From NCBI RefSeq assembly GCF_963921235.1, contig NC_086100.1, positions 125,116,001 to 125,180,000 of the forward strand: 64,000 bases of DNA, in the 5' to 3' direction. The stretch comes from Mobula hypostoma. Taxonomy: Eukaryota. Every line of letters starts with the position of its first letter. Position 1 is the first letter of the stretch. The notes under the pieces were generated by a model that was given only the letters and a program-made list of their open reading frames with translations, ran no database searches and had not been told where the DNA came from. Of the stretch, positions 25,330-38,663 are shown one piece after another. Position numbers and translations under genes: made by a program.

Positions 25330-26915
25330 TGCTTAGACTGAAAATGAGGAAAGGAATGTGAGGTAGCACTGTTAGAACAAGGCATCAGAGCAGTGATAAG
25401 GAATGATATAAATTCAGAGAATTGTGATGTGTTGTTGGTTTGGGTGGAAATAAGGAAGGAATTGTCTAAAGACCCCAAGATCTTGCCTCACTACAGGACA
25501 AAGCATAAATGGGAATATATCAACAGCATATAAGAAGACAACTCCAATTATAATGAGTGATTTTAATTAACATATTGATTGGATTAATCAAACTGGCAAG
25601 GATGCCATGGAAGAGGAAATCGTAAGATACATCAACAATATTTCTTAGTGCAATATATTGTAAAAACTACCTTGGAATTGGGTATTTTAGATTTGGACAT
25701 CATAAATCACAAATGGTAAAACTCCAGATACAGCTTCAGAGCTAGTATTAAACTTCAAAATCAGTTTCTTTAGCTGAAATAAGATTTATTCTGAAGGCAT
25801 AAAGAAAGGGATTTTTGGAGTGAGCCGGAAAAGAAGGTTACGGAAAAGGTGAGAAGGTTAGAGGTGGCAGCTATTTCAAGTATGTTCAGCAAAAATCTAA
25901 ACCAAGCAAAAAAATTGCAAATATTAAAAAGATGAACTAACTGTGGTTAACAAAGTAATTCAGGAAAAAAGGTTAAGTCAAAAACTAGATCATATAAAGT
26001 GGTAAAAGTTAGGGATAAGCCAGGAGACTGGGAATTTGTTCACAGAGACAAACGAGGTAATGTGGAGGGAAAACTGATCATGAAAGTAAATTAGCAAGTT
26101 ATATTAAAACAGCATCCATGAATATATAAAAAGATGAACATAGCTCAGGTAATTGTGGGACATGTGGAATTTATAACAGGAAACAAGAAAATGGAAGATA
26201 GCATCAGTATTCAAGGTGATGCTATCCCAAGATAGCGTAAACACTATTTGGTAATGGGAATTTGTTTATTATTGCCAGGTGTACCAACGTGCCGCCAAAA
26301 GCTTTTGCTTGCGTGGCATCCAGACAAATCATCCTATACGTAAGTACTTCATGGTGATGCCAAAGTGAAAATGATCAGCATGGGAGGAGTCCTTGATTAT
26401 GTTAGTTACTTTTTTGAGTGAGTAGAAAATATAGATGAACTCATTGGAGGGAGGCTGGTTTCCATGCTGGATTGGGTTAAGTTCACAACTTTCTATAATT
26501 CCTTATGCTGTTAGGGAGAGAGGTTGTCATACCAAGCTCTGATATATCTCAATAGAATGCCATCTAAGGTACATCCGTTGAAGGTCATGAGTCAGCAGGA
26601 TATACCAAATTTCCTTAGCCTTTTGGGGAAGTAGAAGCACTGGTATGCTTTCTTGGCTACTGGTGTGCTTTCTTGGTATCTACGTGGCTGGACCAGGACA
26701 AACCACTGCTGAAATTTGCACAGTGGAACTTGAAGCCCTCAACTATTGGGGTCCTTAGACAGGGCCGCATGCTTTGTGTCAGTTCCTGAACTCTATGACC
26801 AGCTATTTTGTTTTGCTGACAGTGAGGAAGAAGTTCTCTTCTTCACACTATGCCACTAGCCTATCTCATTTCTATACTTCATCATTGTTTGATATCTAGC
26901 CCACCACTATATTTC
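25330..26915. mobile_element. Old CR1 (+, to about 26230) and Rex1 3' fragment (-, 26255-26915)
   Basis: Degenerate endonuclease motifs; Rex1 tail tttattattg. Confidence 0.55.
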
Positions 26916-27144
26916 AAATGCCATGGAAGCACTTATAAAAATCCCCTTTATGACGGGAAAACCACTGAAAAAGCTGATGGCTCCACCTCTGCCCTTCCTA
27001 AGGAGCCAGTTTGGGGATACTGGAAGATTAATGAGCTTTTCCAACACGTTTTGTACTTACATCCAACAAATTTGATTTTCTGTCTCCCCTAAATGGTTTG
27101 GAAGTGCAACTCTTCCTTCATTATTCTTCAAATGTGTAACTCAC

Positions 27145-27240
27145 CTTTGGAGATTCTTCCTCCTTTAGTTGATTGACTCGCATTGTGCTTCTACATTCTG
27201 GCAACTGAGCTACAAAAGCACTTCTAGAAGCTGCATTCTT
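27145..27240 (-). CDS. Candidate host exon (KNAASRSAFVAQLPECRSTMRVNQLKEEESPK)
   Basis: Acceptor ttttatttgtctcttttaacag; donor AAG|gtgagt; 96 nt; only frame 0 open; phase 0-0. Confidence 0.55.
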
Positions 27241-27689
27241 CTGTTAAAAGAGACAAATAAAACAGGTTAAAGAATTTTTTTTGTCTGAAACACTTTTCAA
27301 GTAATATAAATTCAAAGCCAATAAAGCAAAATTCAATAACAAAATATTGACTTTGTGTCATATTGTGCTAGAGAATGCAAGTTTGACATTGTTACATGTT
27401 CTATACTTCGTTCAGATGTTTAACATCTTTTATTAGTGTTGACTGTTTATTCTGTGTGCCTGCAAATAAGGAATTTGATCCACACCACAGTCTTTTCACA
27501 GAGCCAAATTCATCTTTCAGTCTGCCGCAGCTGGTAATAAAAATGAAAGTATGCAAGCCCCAGCTTTTCTATGTCTTTAAACATCAGGAATGCTCATGTC
27601 CATAACAAGTACAAACAAGACAAGCCAAGAAGGAGCTGGACTGTCTCTTTCACTTTTATGAGTTTTCTGCAGAGAACAAGGCCTTACAA

Positions 27690-28620
27690 AAATAGAAATG
27701 CTGAAACAATTTGACCAGTCAAGCACCATCTGTGGATAGAGCAGCCAGGTTACCTTTCAAGTCAAAGACCTGTCAACAGAACTGAGAATGAGAGAGAGCA
27801 AAGTAGTCTAAAGAGCAGATAATATGGGGGAGGGCAATGGATGGAATCGGGGAAATGTTTATAATAATGCAAAATGGTGTAGCCATTGAATGTTCAATGG
27901 AGCTACCATGTCTGTATAACATGTTGCTAATAGCGTAAAGTCTGGGTGACGTACATCTATGCCTATAGGAATAGGCTGAGATGGAAAGAGTTGGGAGTGT
28001 GGTCCCAAATAAGGCTTGATCAAGGACTGCTCCAGGCCTATTTGGAGGGATGGGGAACAAAAGACAGGGAAAGCTCAGACCTTACACTTCTAGGGGGCCA
28101 GATAGCAACTTGCAAAAATTGCTGCTGCCCTTTGAAGAGGAGTTATTAACACTTTCCTTACTGGTCTGAAATAGGAGAACATGGGTCCTAATTGCAACAA
28201 TATTAAGATCACAATTAAATTACACCCATTAAATTAATGCTCCCACTTACTTCCTGATGAGCTGACTGTCCTTCTCTCTTCCTCTCACACATAGTGCCTC
28301 TGACCTGAAGACTTGGTACAGGAACAGATAAAGAGAGTATAGTAATAGGCAGAGGAAAGAAAGGGTAAAGGAATTACCAGTCCCAATACAAACAGAAGAG
28401 TGAGTTATCTGAAGTTAGAGTATTGAGTCCTGCAGGCTGCAACATGTCTAGATGTAAACTGAGATGTTGTTTGTCAAGTTTACTTTGGACCTTGTAACAT
28501 TGTAGAAAGGCACCGACACACAGATCAGAATGGGAGTGGGACAGTAAATTAATATGGCAAACAAACCATTAACTCAATGTCATTCTTGCAGACTAGCAAT
28601 CGCCTAATATCCTCAAATGA
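27690..28620 (-). mobile_element. Old PLE 3' fragment
   Basis: Degenerate pLTR at 27690-27790 and GIY-YIG C-terminal-like sequence at 28400-28560. Confidence 0.5.
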
Positions 28621-29210
28621 AACAATAGGACAGGTGTAGTTTGGGGCCTTACACTTGAGGATGTCAATCAAAGAAGCAGTCCATTCAGCAACATGCAAGT
28701 GATTGAAGAAGAATGAACACTTCTCCATGTCAGCTTGTACTGGGAGAACATGGGTCCTAATTACAATGTGATTAAGGTTTCAACTAAACGACAATATTAT
28801 GGAAATTGTCTTTTCCAACTGCTGCCCCACGCACTCAACACGCAAGTCAGCAGCAGCCTTGCCCATGCAGGATTGTTCACAGAACGGTGTGGCATGCTTC
28901 TGGGTTGCATTGATCCAAGTACAGGAGCCACACCTCCTCCAGCAGGGTGTGAGATGGAACAAAGAAGCTCTAACTATCTGGCCATCAGTACCATGTGCTG
29001 CTCAGCTCATTCTCCACTCTCAATGAAAATTGATGGTAGGCTTCTGAGCAAGGACAGCAATTGTCAGTAGTGGTAGTCACAAGGCAAGTAAGTATAAAAT
29101 ATTGTTAATCAGTTATTAATATAGCATAAGATGTTTATTACCATCAAAACAAATATACTTTTAAAATACTTTTATTGATAAAAGGTCAAAATCACTACAC
29201 TGCATTAGTC

Positions 29211-29303
29211 TCAGACAAATGAGGACATTGCACCAGCAGGAATAATCTTCTTCACTGCAGGCCTCACATTCTCAAACAAGACACTCATATTACCAGAAAG
29301 CAC
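29211..29303 (-). CDS. Possible terminal coding exon (VLSGNMSVLFENVRPAVKKIIPAGAMSSFV*)
   Basis: Acceptor ctcattcaacag; open frame to TGA; AATAAA at 29171-29176 on the minus strand. Confidence 0.2.
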   Translation of the reverse strand: MLSGNMSVLFENVRPAVKKIIPAGAMSSFV

Positions 29304-30149
29304 CTGTTGAATGAGCTACAGGTATGCAGAATTTAGAGGAAAATGGTAAAAAGTCTATTGCAATGGAAGACCTATAAAAGTGAACACAGACTTGAAATAC
29401 CCTAGTGCTCACATTTGTCTTACAAAAGGTGAACCCAATGTTAGTGGCAACTTACTGTATATTTGGCAAAAATAATACAATATCAGACTACAGTGCTCTC
29501 TTGTAGCTACACACATTTAGTGTTCTGAACTTAAGCACAGAATTTTGATCTTAATTTCTGGTACCCTTGATACCCTAGATGCGAAGAGTACTGGAAGCAC
29601 TAAACCAGAGAAATATGGGAGACAATCCTGAAGTTGATGGAAGAATATTTTCACTAAATCGTAAACATATTGTCTAGAGATTAAGTGCTATGCTGTTATC
29701 TGCCGATTCACCTCAGCATTTTACGGTCATGATTGGATGTCAACAGCACAAGTATCTGTTCATCTGGCAACCCTTCCATATAAAGAAAGCTGTGCTAATC
29801 CTATCGGTTCCTCATGGATTTCACCAAGCTGCCATGCAACAAATACATCTGGGCTCCAGCGCCAAGAAGGACCCTCTGCATCTGAGTAAATTATTATGGC
29901 AACAGATCTATGGCTACCGTGAATTACTGAGAGGAAGGAAAGGGGCACAGGCATGCCCACCCTGTAAACTCCTTTACCAATATTTGCATAGAAGCTTTGG
30001 TGGATGAAATGCACACAAGGAAGGAGATGCTTGTGCTAGGGAGATGAAGTACAACAATGAGGAGACACTGGAAAGAATGGATTGCTATGCTGTCCATGGG
30101 TGCAGATAGTACCATGACTCTGTAGAAGTCTCAAAGTGAAATGTCTAAT

Positions 30150-30930
30150 CCCTCAGCTTCTGTCTCAAATACCCTGCCTTCAGAATGAATGCTAGCTGTA
30201 TTGCCTTTGATATGGATTTAGAAGCTGTGATGTCAGATATACACCTGAACTGGAGGAGATCCTTAACACGTTCTGTAGCCTGTTCTTGAGGGTTCCAATG
30301 GTACTGGGGAGTGATGGTGCAGTCCTTTTCCAGGATGTCGCCAGTTTTCTCCAACCACAGGATACATTCCTCTTAGCTTTACATCCAGTTATCCCAGAGT
30401 TTGGTAATACCTGGTGGGATGCAGGGATCAGATGTTACCTGTTCCTTGACTTGAGGTTAGCATGGGAATTCATTTAAGAGCTAAACTGTCTCTCCATCTA
30501 AAGTAGGTTGACATCCAGCAGCATGCAGCAGCCACGCAGAAAACATTTAAAGGCACTCATAAGTCAGTAAAGGGTTAAGAGAGCATCTGTCCTCAAAGAT
30601 CTTTTCACATCTCATTGATCTAATAGGCTTTCAAAATGTATTCACTTCAGGGATTGGACATTTACCTAGATCAAATACTACTCAGTTTGTTTATATGCAG
30701 ACAATTAAAGGAATCATATTATCCACTTTCATTGCAGCAAGATATAACAGTATTTTACTATTGGATGGTGGTCCATCAACAATGGTGAATCCAGAGGATA
30801 AAAGTAAAATGACATGCATTAATGGCTATTGCCCTGATATCCATCATGAAGTGCTTCAAGAAGTTGGTCATGGTACACATTTTCAGCCTTTCAGACAACT
30901 CTGGCCCACTGCAGTTGGCTTACTGCTGAG
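30150..30930 (-). pseudogene. Ancient Gypsy integrase fossil
   Basis: LLEALHDGYQG..IVKYC (HHCC-like), then GITKLWDN..S*EE..LEKTG..TPQYHWNPQEQATERVKDLL, resembling the core GIPxxLVSDNG..PYHPQSNGQAERxVxTVK. Confidence 0.5.
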
Positions 30931-31440
30931 ACAAGTCTACTTGCTAAAGAATTAGTCCAATATTCAACCCGCCTAGAAGCTTGACTTTCTTTCCTCATTT
31001 GCTACGTATGCCATATGTGTCACTGCTTGCACTAATTACTCAACTGATTATTATTCACACTTTTTAGGTTCCACAAGCTTCCCACATCATAAGAAATGTC
31101 AATTTACCATTATCTTCCTCACATTCAATCCCTTACGTTTTTATCTCATTTTCCCTCTAACTACTTTTCCTTGCATCTCTCCAATCCCCACCTTGTGGTT
31201 TCCTTCTGCCCAGTGCACTAAAAATACTCACATTCAATAAATCACATAAGTTATCCTTTTCTGTCCTGCTTTTAAAACTTCCTTACAATGTTCCTTGTAT
31301 CAGCGCCAAACTCTAACACCTTTCCCACAACCAACCCTCCAACTGCTATCACCCCTCTTCCCAACTATATACACTATAATGTCAAAACAAATTTCACCAT
31401 CCTTGGAAAGGCCATGAGATTATATTTTATATATATAAAC

Positions 31441-32119
31441 CAGACATCTCACCCTGCAAAAACTCATTTCAGGGAGGTAGCACCATCAATTTGCGGGAGA
31501 CTCCCGGGAGATGTGGGATGTCTGTAATAGAGTAGCTCCTTAGCAGCTAGCCAGCTAGTTTAAATAACGTTAGCTAGGCTAATGAATGAATGACACCTGT
31601 TAAACTCACCTCAGCATGTCTTTACAGTCTTAACCCACCCTGGGCAATAGAAAAGTCACTGTTGCAAACAGGGCAGCGAGCAACACTGTCATTATTTTTG
31701 ACCCCTATTAGGCAGGGGTGCACTTTAGTGTAGTCTGGGGTGACGTACGTTTCATATTTTCTTTTTTTGGAACATCTCACTCTTGCTCTTGCTCTCGCTC
31801 TCTCGCTCGTGGTCGCTCTCACTCGCACTTGCTTTCTCGCTCTTGCTCTTGCTCTCTCGTGCTTGCTTTCCTGCTCTCTCGCTCTCGCGCTCTCTCTCTC
31901 TCTCTCTCTCGTGGTCGCTCTCACTCACGCTTGCTTTCTTGCTCTCTCTCTCTCGGTCTCGTGCTCACTGTCTCGTGCTTGCTTTCTTGCTCTTGCACTC
32001 ACTCTCTCGCTCTCAAAAAAAATCAATTTCCGGGACATTGTATATAATTTGCGGGCATCAGGGAGCCACTATTAATATGCGGGAGACTCCCAGGACTTCC
32101 GAGAGAGGTGGGATGTCTG
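31441..32119 (-). mobile_element. Non-autonomous hAT-family element with a 6-bp TSD
   Basis: TIR cagacatctcacc/ggtgggatgtctg; ataaac duplicated at 31435-31440 and 32120-32125; BED-like ARCPVCNSDFSIAQGG; internal (CTCG/CTTG) low-complexity tract at 31775-32015. Confidence 0.8.
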
Positions 32120-32646
32120 ATAAACTTTTAGTAAAATGTTTCTGGAAGCAAAAATGAAATTCATTTGCTTATCCACACTGCTCGTGGCTACATTTACAAT
32201 AACGAGTATTCACCTCACTGAATTCCTACATACAGGTAGGTTCAAAGATAAGAATAGACATTGATCGGGCAGTTGAAGAGTTTGCCATGAGCAAACAGTT
32301 AAAGGAAAAATCACAAATAAAGCAACAAATTCAATTGAAGCTACTACTAAGGAGCAAAATGGTACTCCAACAAATCAGCCTCAGCTCTAATTTTTCAGTT
32401 AATGGATGCCGCACTGACTTTCACAAAATGTCATGAATCAGATTGATGGTGCAACTCATTAATTCCTCAAATAAAAGAAATTTTGCTAAGATTAACATAG
32501 CATTTTAGGTGGATTGACACCTAAAGAAATTATATATTTCATAATTTTGTTTTCAAAACTTGCTACATTAGAATGCAAACAGATGGAAGACTTGCAATCT
32601 CCCGATGGGAAAAGTTACGAGGTTTGAAAGAAGCCCCTGAAAGATA

Positions 32647-34160
32647 AACACAAGAGACTCTGCAGATGCTGGAAATCTGGAGCAACACACGCAAAATGCT
32701 GGAGGAACTCAGCAGGCCAGGCAGCACGTTCACTCCATCTGCATGGAGAAGCAGTCAATGTTTCAGGCCAAAATCCTTCATCCGGACTGGAAAGGGGCAA
32801 GATGCCAGAATAAGAAGGTGGGAAGAGGGGAAGAAGGACTTGCTAGAAGGTGACAGCCAAAACCAGGTGGGGAGGGAAGGGGGATGAAATAAGAAGCTGG
32901 GAGATGATAGGTGGAAAAGGTAAAGGGCTAGAGAAGAAGAAATATAATGGTATGTTGGCATTTATAGAGAGAGGATTCAAGTACAGGAGCAGGGAGGTAC
33001 TACTGCAGTTGTACAAGGCCTTGGTGAGACCACACCTGGAGTATTGTGTGCAGTTTTGGTCCCCTAATCTGAGGAAAGACATCTTTGCCATAGAGGGAGT
33101 ACAAAGAAGGTTCACCAGATTGATTCCTGGGATGGCAGGACTTTCATATGAAGAAAGACTGGATGAATTGGGCTTGTACTCGTTGGAATTTAGAAGATTG
33201 AGGGGGGATCTGATTGAAACGTATAAGATCCTAAAGGGATTGAACAGGCTAGATGCAGGAAGATTGTTCCCGATGTTGGGGAAGTCCAGAACGAGGGGTC
33301 ACAGTTTGAGGATAGAGGGGAAGCCTTTTAGGACCGAGATTAGGAAAAACTTCTTCACACAGAGAGTGGTGAATCTGTGCAATTCTCTGCCACAGGAAAC
33401 TGTTGAGGCCAGTTCATTGGCTATATTTAAGAGGGAGTTAGATATGGCCCTTGTGGCTATGGGGGTCGGGGGTATGGAGGGAAGGCTGGGGTGGGGTTCT
33501 GAGTTGGATGATCAGCCATGATCATAATAAATGGCGGTGCAGGCTCGAAGGGCCGAATGGCCTACTCCTGCACCTATTTTCTATGTTTCTATGTTTCTAT
33601 AATAGGACAGAAGAGTGGGCCATGGGAGAAAGGGATAGAGGAGGGTCACCAGGAGGAGGTGACTGGTAGGTGAGGAGAAGAAGTAAGAGGCCAGAGTGGG
33701 GAAATGAAGTAGAGAGAAGGGGAGGGTAAAAATTAAATGGGAGTTAGAGAAATCAAGTTAAGGCTTACTGGACAGAATATGAGGTATTGCTCCTCCAGCC
33801 TGAAGGTGGCCTCATCATGGCAAAAGAGGAGGCCATGGACCAATATGTCAAAATGGGAATGGAGATAGGAATAAAAAATGGTTTACCACCAGTAAATCCT
33901 ACTTTTGGGGACTGTATACTGAATCTGGAGCTCCCAATGCGGCCTCCACTAAATTAGGGGGCCGTTTTGTCAAGCACATTCGCTCCATCTTCAAAAAGCA
34001 GGATTTCCTGGTGGCCAAGCATTTTAATTCCTATCCTTAATCCTATTCCAACATGCTTCTCTTCTGCCACAATGAGGACACTCTCGATTTGGAGCAGCAA
34101 CACCTCATATTGATTTAAGGTAGCCTCCAACCTGATGTTATGAAGATCAATTTCTGTAAC
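32647..34160 (-). mobile_element. Truncated PLE with inverted 5' segment (about 33900-34160), split by a CR1
   Basis: pLTR with mutated hammerhead at 32753-32788; GIY-YIG C-terminal sequence in both orientations. Confidence 0.75.
32947..33597 (+). mobile_element. Young 5'-truncated CR1
   Basis: Uninterrupted GMLAFIERGFKYRSREVLLQLYKALVRPHLEYC...; (ctatgttt)n tail; tataat at both junctions. Confidence 0.92.
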
Positions 34161-35440
34161 TTCCAGTTTGGTCCAGAATTGCCACTTTGCACCTGAGATT
34201 GCTTTCCGGAGATCGTACCTGTACCTCTTGTATGTCACTTGGTCGCCAGACTTGAATGCCTCTGATCCGGCCCTTGGCAGGTTGTGGATCTCATGGTTCA
34301 TTCAGGGCTTCTAGCTGGCGAAGAGTCTGAATGATTTTGTGGAGACACACTTGTCTATGACTAACCTTTATAAAGTTTGTGACAATTGTGCTGTAGCATT
34401 CAGATCCTCTGATAGGTTTTTGAACACAGCCCAGTACACCCAGTCAAGGCAAACCTGTAGCCCCTCCCCTGCTCCTCTGACGATCTCTTTGTTGTCCTTA
34501 TCTCTGGAACTTTGCTCTTTAGACTCTGCCTGTATACAGATTGGAGAAGGACAGCCAAGTGATCAGGTTTCCCAAAATGTGTTCTGTGTATAGAATGGTA
34601 GGTATTCCTTATCATAGCATGGCAGTGGTTGAGTGTGTTGGGACCCTGGTCCTGCAGATTATATGCTGATGATAACTATCCAGAGATTACTTCAAACGAG
34701 CCTGACTATGATTTGAAATGCATTGGGAAGGGCTGTTTCTTGTTTGTTAATTGCAGCATTCAGTATCTCAAGTGCCTGATTAACGTCAGCTTTTGGCGTA
34801 TGTACTATGAACTGTGGTCAGGATCAAAGAGGAGAGCTCTCTTGGTAAGTAGAATTGTCAGGACTCAATCATTAGATGTTCCAGGTCAGGGAACAAAAGT
34901 GTGACAAGACCACTGTGTCCCAGCATCACAGAGTTTATCATAAAACACAGACCTCCACTTTTGTCTTCCCTGAATCAACAATTTGCTCCATCCTGTATAT
35001 AAAGAAGCCTTTTGGTTTTGCCAACGTATCCAGCCATGTCTCTGTGAAGCACACAACAAATTCTCATTTCCCTCCGAAACAGCAATCTTGCCCTTAGGTC
35101 CTCAATCTTGTTCTCCAGCAGCTGTATATTTGCTAACAAGATGCTGGGTAGAAGAACTGAATCTTCTAATTCTTCTGCATTTCAGTCTGGCTTTCAGTCC
35201 TTTCCTCCTCCCTCTCTTCCAGCCAAGGCAATATATCTTCATCCACTTAAAAGTACCAGAACACTTGAGAGTTAAATCCTCCAAGTCCTTTAGAAGGTTT
35301 TGAAATCGCTAATTGATTAAGACTGTTCAAAAGTATGTTGCTTAAAGGCAAATGACAGGCTACAGACGCAGTGAGAGTTTAGAAGTTTTGAAAAAGCCTG
35401 CAACGCGTTGCCGTGGTTCATCTGTGCCACCTTGATGGCC
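34160..35440 (-). mobile_element. Rex1 5' half (5' end plus endonuclease)
   Basis: KRGRRKGLKARLK, LPSILLANIQLLENKIEDL, HFGKPDHLAVLL. Confidence 0.8.
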
Positions 35441-35546
35441 AGGTGGAAATAGCTTGGCCTTTTCTTGATGCTTCCATTCATTCAAGAGTTGAGAACAGAG
35501 CTGTAGTTAAGGAAACTGTGAATAGAGAATATGTGCAACCACTTAC

Positions 35547-35670
35547 TTATAAAATGGATGTGCAAAAGTGGTCTTGAATTTCTGAGTTCTCTTGAACTTC
35601 TGCTTTGACTTAGCTTAAGATAACATTTACACCATTTCTCTGGGTCTTGCATCAGAGTACAAATATTATG
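35547..35670 (-). CDS. Candidate host exon (HNICTLMQDPEKWCKCYLKLSQSRSSRELRNSRPLLHIHFI)
   Basis: Acceptor tttttacaaatttccag; donor gtaagt; 124 nt; only frame 0 open. Confidence 0.3.
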
Positions 35671-36124
35671 CTGGAAATTTGTAAAAACTTCAATGGAAAA
35701 TTAGGACCCATATATTTTCCCCAATATTAACATTGGCATGAAATTATTTTTCCATTTTATTTTCTCTTCATGTGGCTGCTAAATCAGGTTCTGACTTCCA
35801 TTAGAAAGCTGGATAAATTTGAGGACTTGGTAAGGGAAATGTAGATCTACATGGGTCAGAAGACCTTTTCTGCTTCTTTTTGCATGTTGAAGCAAAAGGG
35901 ATGTGCTTTAAATTCCAAGATTTTGTGAGTTGGAGGCAGCTATGAGGTCAAATATTTTAAAATCACAAGCCTAACTCCAACCTGTCCACTTGGTTTTAAA
36001 GGACAGAGAACAGAGAGGGGGTCAAGAGGCAGATTAATCAATGAAATTTTAACAAGATTCATGTCTCCATTGTATCTGGATTTTTAATTTAATACATAGG
36101 AACAGTTTTCATATTGTCTCAGTG

Positions 36125-36345
36125 TCCTATACACATTCATACAGATTGGACAATTTACATTGACAAATTAACCCATTGACGCAGATGTTTCTGGTTGTGG
36201 GAGGAGACTGGAGCACATGGAGGAGACCCACACAATTACAGGGAGAATGTGGAAGCTCCACACTGATGGTGCCCAAGAATAGGATTGAACCGGGTCTCTG
36301 GTGCTGTGACTCAGCTACACTATTAGCTGTGCCAATGTGCTGCCC
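36125..36345 (-). mobile_element. Old V-SINE (HE1-like)
   Basis: ggagcacatggaggagacccacac..cagggagaatgt V-domain; B box ggttcaatcc. Confidence 0.75.
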
Positions 36346-36629
36346 ATTGGAGTAGTCCATTATGGTATGCAAGTCTGGTGGAGCAGGGTTTTTGCCAGCC
36401 CTCACAAGCCTACCTCTTCATACACTCTTCAAACTGCCCAAATTCTCATTGCCCATTGCCCCACATCTCCGATTTGCTCTGCCATCCATTGGCATATCAT
36501 TTACAGTACATTTGCTATTTTTGGAGGTTTTATAGAACAAAGTGTTAGATTTACAAATCAAATTTTCAATAAGTAGATCAGTGGAATTCAGGTCTGGTGA
36601 CAAGCGATTTCCGTAAAGCCACCTCACGT

Positions 36630-38480
36630 ATGTTTAGTGACAATTCTGGACCAAACTTGAATCACCGATGGATGCTCGACAGCTGTGGCAGGCCTGAATG
36701 CTATCACTTTGTACAAAGTGAAACCAAGCCACACAGGAGACAACAGGCTTTCTCTCCCAGATGAGCTCTATGCCTCAATGCTCCCTTTGACCATCAAAAC
36801 ATGGAAGCACCTTCACAAACTCCCATGGTTCCCAATGAACCTGTGATTTCAGTCTCTGAGGCTGATGTGAGGGCATCTTTAAGGATGGTGAAACCATGGA
36901 CAGTATCTGGCCTTCATGCAGTGCCTGGCTGAATATTAAAGACCTGTGCTGATCAACTGCCTGGAGTGTTCACCAATATCTTTAACAACTCGCTTCAGCA
37001 GTCTGAGGTACCATTATGCTTCAATCATACCAGTGCCTAAGAACATGGAAATCTGCCTCAGTGACTATCATCCAGTAGCACTTACATCCATTGTGTTTTG
37101 AGAGGTTGGTGATGAAACAAGTCAACTCTTGCCTGAGAAGCGACTTGGAACCACTCCAATTTGCCCACCATCACAACAGATCCACAGCAGATGCCATTTC
37201 ATTGGCTCTTCACTCAACACTGGAACATCTGGACAGCAAGTATGCACACACACATCAGGGTGCTCTTTGTTGACTACGGCTCAGTATGCAATATTATCAT
37301 CCCCTCAAAACTAATCAGTGAGCTGCAAGACCTTTGCCTCAATATCTCCTTGTGCAATTGCATCCTGGGTTTCCTCACTTGCAGATGCCAGTCAGTTTGG
37401 ATTGGCAAAAACATCAGCTCCACCAGCACAGGAGTACCACAAGGCTGTGTGCTTAGCCCCCTGCTCTACTCACTTCACACTTATGACTGTGAAGCTAAGC
37501 ACAGCTCCAATGCCACATTTAAGTTTGCTGTCAATGCCACTGTTGTTGGCTGAATCAAAGAAGGTGACGAATCAGCATATAGGAGAGGGACTGAAAATCT
37601 GGTTGAGCAGTGCCACAACAACAACCTCTCACTCAATGTCAATAAGACCAGGAGCTGACTTAAAGAGGTGAAAACCAGAGGTCCATGAGCCAGTCTTCAT
37701 TGGGGATCAGAGGTGGAGAGGGTCAGCAACTTTAAATTCCTTTGTGTTATCATTTCAGAGGATCTGCCCTGGGTCCAGCATGTAAGTGCCAGTACAAAGA
37801 AAACAAGGCAGCACCTCTACTTATTTAGAAGTTTGCAAAGATTTGGCATGATATCTAAAACTTTGACAAACTACAATAGATGTGTGGTAGAGAGTATATT
37901 GACTGGCTGCTTCATGGCCTGTTATGGAAACACCAATGCCTATGATCAGAAAATGCTTCAAAAGTAGTGGATACTGCCCAGCCCATCACAGGGAAAGTCC
38001 TCCCCACTATTGTGCACATCTACACGATCAAGGAACACCATCACCCAGACCATTCTCTCTTCTTAATGCTGCCATCGGGAAGGTGGTACAGGAGCCTCAG
38101 GGCTCACACCAGCTTCAAAAACAGATAATACTCCACAACCATCCAGCTTTTGAATCCATGGTATTCACTTTGCTCAACTTCACTCACCCCATTGCTGAAC
38201 TGTCCCCACAACCTATGGACTCACTTCAATACCTCTTCATCTTTTGTTCTCAAAATTTATTGCTTGCTTGCTTGTTTGTTTGCTTATTTACTTATTTATT
38301 CCTTTGTACTTGCACAGTTCATTGTCTTTTGCACATGGGTTGTTTTTCCATACTGTTGGGTGCAGTCTTTCATAGATCCTATTGTGTTTTTTGGATTTAC
38401 TGTGTATGCCCGCAAGGAAACGAATCTTAGGGTTTGTATATGGTGACACGTATGTACTTTTGATAGTAAATTTACTTTGA
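36630..38480 (+). mobile_element. Rex1 LINE, RT to 3' end
   Basis: [44 protein letters not shown]; tttgaac tail. Confidence 0.9.
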
Positions 38481-38564
38481 ACAGGCAGCAAGGGAAAAGT
38501 CAAAGAGCCAATTGTCATGGGTTGCTTACACATTAGTTTTATTGCCCATCTATTAATGTTTCAG

Positions 38565-38663
38565 ACATATTTCCAGAATACCCCTTCAGTCCAGGATGAT
38601 GATGAAAATGAACTGGAAGAGTCTAGTTTGGGTTATGAATTTGATTCACAATATTGTATATGA
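38565..38663 (+). CDS. Possible acidic terminal exon (TYFQNTPSVQDDDENELEESSLGYEFDSQYCI*)
   Basis: Acceptor aatgtttcag; TGA TAA; AATAAA at 38686-38691. Confidence 0.22.
   Translation, partial: TYFQNTPSVQDDDENELEESSLGYEFDSQYCI

Noticed and set aside
31622-32157. Arg/Glu-rich and Leu/Ser-rich ORFs of 100-124 aa
   Set aside because: They are products of a low-complexity CT-rich tract; only the short BED-like remnant is meaningful
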